From assembly GCA_029564175.1 (NCBI GenBank), contig JAKQQL010000087.1, positions 1 through 27,706 of the forward strand: a stretch of DNA of 27,706 bases, in the 5' to 3' direction. Position 1 is the first letter of the stretch, and each line of letters opens with the position of its first letter. Source of the DNA: Candidatus Cloacimonadota bacterium (GTDB lineage: Bacteria; Cloacimonadota; Cloacimonadia; Cloacimonadales; WRIO01). Shown here one piece after another: positions 26,107-27,706 of this stretch. The position numbers were made by a program, and so were the translations under genes. Under the pieces are notes generated by a model. The model ran no database searches. It had not been told where the DNA came from and was given only the letters and a program-made list of their open reading frames with translations.

Positions 26107-27180
26107 ATGAGACAGATTTTTGTAATATTATTCATGATGACAGTAGTTTATATCAGTGCTGATTCTAATGCCGATACTTCATTTCAAAATGTTTTTTTGA
26201 AAAACAAAAAGGTAAAAGAAATCAAGCTAACAGATATTCAGGGAATAAAACTTGGTCATGCTCAGAGTGAAAAAGGCGGAACCGGTTGTTCAGTGGTTAT
26301 CGCAGAGTCAGGCGCTACAGGTGGTGTGGCTGTCAGAGGTGGCGCTCCAGGTACCAGAGAAACTGACTTGCTTAATCCAATGGAACTGGTTCAAACCATT
26401 CATGCTGTTGTATTATCCGGAGGTAGTGCTTACGGTCTGGATGCCTGTTCAGGTGTGATGCAATATCTTGAAAGCAAGGATATTGGCTTTGATGTGGAAG
26501 TTGCCAAAGTGCCAATTGTATGTGGTGCCGTGTTGTTTGATCTGGCTTTCTCAGATCCGAAAATCAGACCTGATAAAGAAATGGGTTTTGCTGCCTGTCA
26601 AAACGCCGAAACCTTCAAGGATGACAGAGAAGGTAATATAGGTGCCGGCTATGGTGCAACCGTAGGTAAATTTACAGGTATGAGTAGTGCCATGAAAAGC
26701 GGACTGGGTACCTATGCCATTCAGATTGGAGATCTTCAGGTTGGGGCAATTGTTGCTGTCAATTGTCTGGGTGATGTGGTTGATCCGGAAACAGGAAAGA
26801 TTATTGCCGGAGTATATGACAGAGATAAAAAGACTTTTAAATCTACAGAACAGATATTAATCGATTCAGTTGATAAAGAAAAAGATCCTTTTAAGGGAAA
26901 TACCACAATTGGAATTGTGATAACCAATGCTGTACTGGATAAGTCACAGGCTAATAAAATTGCTTCCATGTCTCATAATGCCTATGCAAGAACAATGTAT
27001 CCCGCACATACGATGTATGATGGAGATACTATTTTTACGATGGCAACCAATCAGGTTAAATGTGATACAACGACACTGGGTATGTTAATGACCAGAGTAA
27101 TGGAACAGGCTGTGTTAAATGCAGTCAATAACGCAGAGCCTTTAAATGGCTATCCTTCAGCAAAGAGCATCAGAAAATAA
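26107..27180 (+). CDS. P1 family (S58, DmpA/NylC-like) peptidase/amidohydrolase with N-terminal leader
   Basis: RGGAPGTRET, LSGGSAYGL, VPIV, GNIGAGYGA, GNTTIG autocleavage site and YDGDTIF. Confidence 0.92.
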   Translation: MRQIFVILFMMTVVYISADSNADTSFQNVFLKNKKVKEIKLTDIQGIKLGHAQSEKGGTGCSVVIAESGATGGVAVRGGAPGTRETDLLNPMELVQTIHAVVLSGGSAYGLDACSGVMQYLESKDIGFDVEVAKVPIVCGAVLFDLAFSDPKIRPDKEMGFAACQNAETFKDDREGNIGAGYGATVGKFTGMSSAMKSGLGTYAIQIGDLQVGAIVAVNCLGDVVDPETGKIIAGVYDRDKKTFKSTEQILIDSVDKEKDPFKGNTTIGIVITNAVLDKSQANKIASMSHNAYARTMYPAHTMYDGDTIFTMATNQVKCDTTTLGMLMTRVMEQAVLNAVNNAEPLNGYPSAKSIRK

Positions 27181-27197
27181 TTTTTCTTCTACATACG

Positions 27198-27225
27198 AGC
27201 GGTGCGATGAAAGCACCGCTTTTTT
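27198..27225 (+). terminator. Intrinsic terminator
   Basis: AGCGGTGC-GATGAAA-GCACCGCT-TTTTT. Confidence 0.85.
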
Positions 27226-27295
27226 AGTATCTGCAGATTTTACCTGCTGTTAAAGCATAATTCACACTATGATATTGTCAAAGAACTATATCAAC

Positions 27296-27706
27296 TCATT
27301 TCTTACGAATGAGCAGTAAATATAAAAATACAGGGCATCCGATAAAGGATGTGATAATACCTACAGGGAATTCCACTACGGTTAAATTGCAGGCAATCAG
27401 ATCACACAGTAAAAGAAAATTTGCTCCATAAATGACTGATAGCGGAAAGACTTTTTTTTGATCTGAGCTTACCAGTATTCGTACAAAATGAGGAATGATC
27501 AGTCCGATAAAGCCAATGATACCCGCATAAGCGACCGATATACCGGTTAAAACAGATCCGGTGATAAAAATATTGAGTCTTAGTTTCTTGACATCAACGC
27601 CCATACTCTGTGCCGAATCATCCCCAGTTGTCATGATATTCAGGGCATTTGACCTAAAATAGAGGCTTAATAACAGAATAAGACTGATGCCAAAACTGAT
27701 TAAGAA
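27296..27706 (-). CDS. FecCD/BtuC family ABC permease, C-terminal part (5' end beyond the window)
   Basis: Frame is open to the window edge; GDDSAQSMGV, GIIGFIGLIIPHFVR and PVGIITSFIGCPVFLYLL motifs. Confidence 0.93.
   Translation of the reverse strand, partial: FLISFGISLILLLSLYFRSNALNIMTTGDDSAQSMGVDVKKLRLNIFITGSVLTGISVAYAGIIGFIGLIIPHFVRILVSSDQKKVFPLSVIYGANFLLLCDLIACNLTVVEFPVGIITSFIGCPVFLYLLLIRKK

Noticed and set aside
14305..26969. Remaining short antisense or overlapping ORFs (e.g. 14305-14556, 17491-17676, 20594-20797, 25592-25828, 26736-26969)
   Set aside because: Mostly or entirely overlap well-supported genes and have no independent motifs
318..27706. DGR template repeat, reverse transcriptase or avd within the window
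   Set aside because: No second copy of the RGGSW/GFR-encoding DNA was spotted by eye, and no ORF has RT (YxDD in context) or Avd features

Overview
AT-rich bacterial chromosomal window in standard code 11. kdsB, a TonB-dependent receptor and a C-terminal sorting domain indicate a diderm; the gene style suggests Cloacimonadota or a related FCB-group lineage (inference). In order: the 3' end of an FGE-sulfatase/C-type-lectin-fold gene with a DGR variable-region signature, an in-frame TGA and downstream hairpins; a ~196-bp nested-palindrome MITE/REPIN-like element; a SEC-C protein with a long acidic tract; two hypotheticals; kdsB, a CDF transporter, hisS and three glycosyl/phosphotransferases, the last carrying a REP cluster in frame inside its CDS; a TetR-flavodoxin operon; a signalling block (TPR histidine kinase, substrate-binding protein plus long MCP, TPR adenylate cyclase); and a BtuC/D/B/G-like uptake locus interrupted by an opposite-strand block of Rrf2, atypical IscS, IscU::DUF59 and a P1 peptidase. 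No rRNA, tRNA, CRISPR array, transposase or reverse transcriptase was recognised. All calls come from reading motifs by eye; no searches were run.
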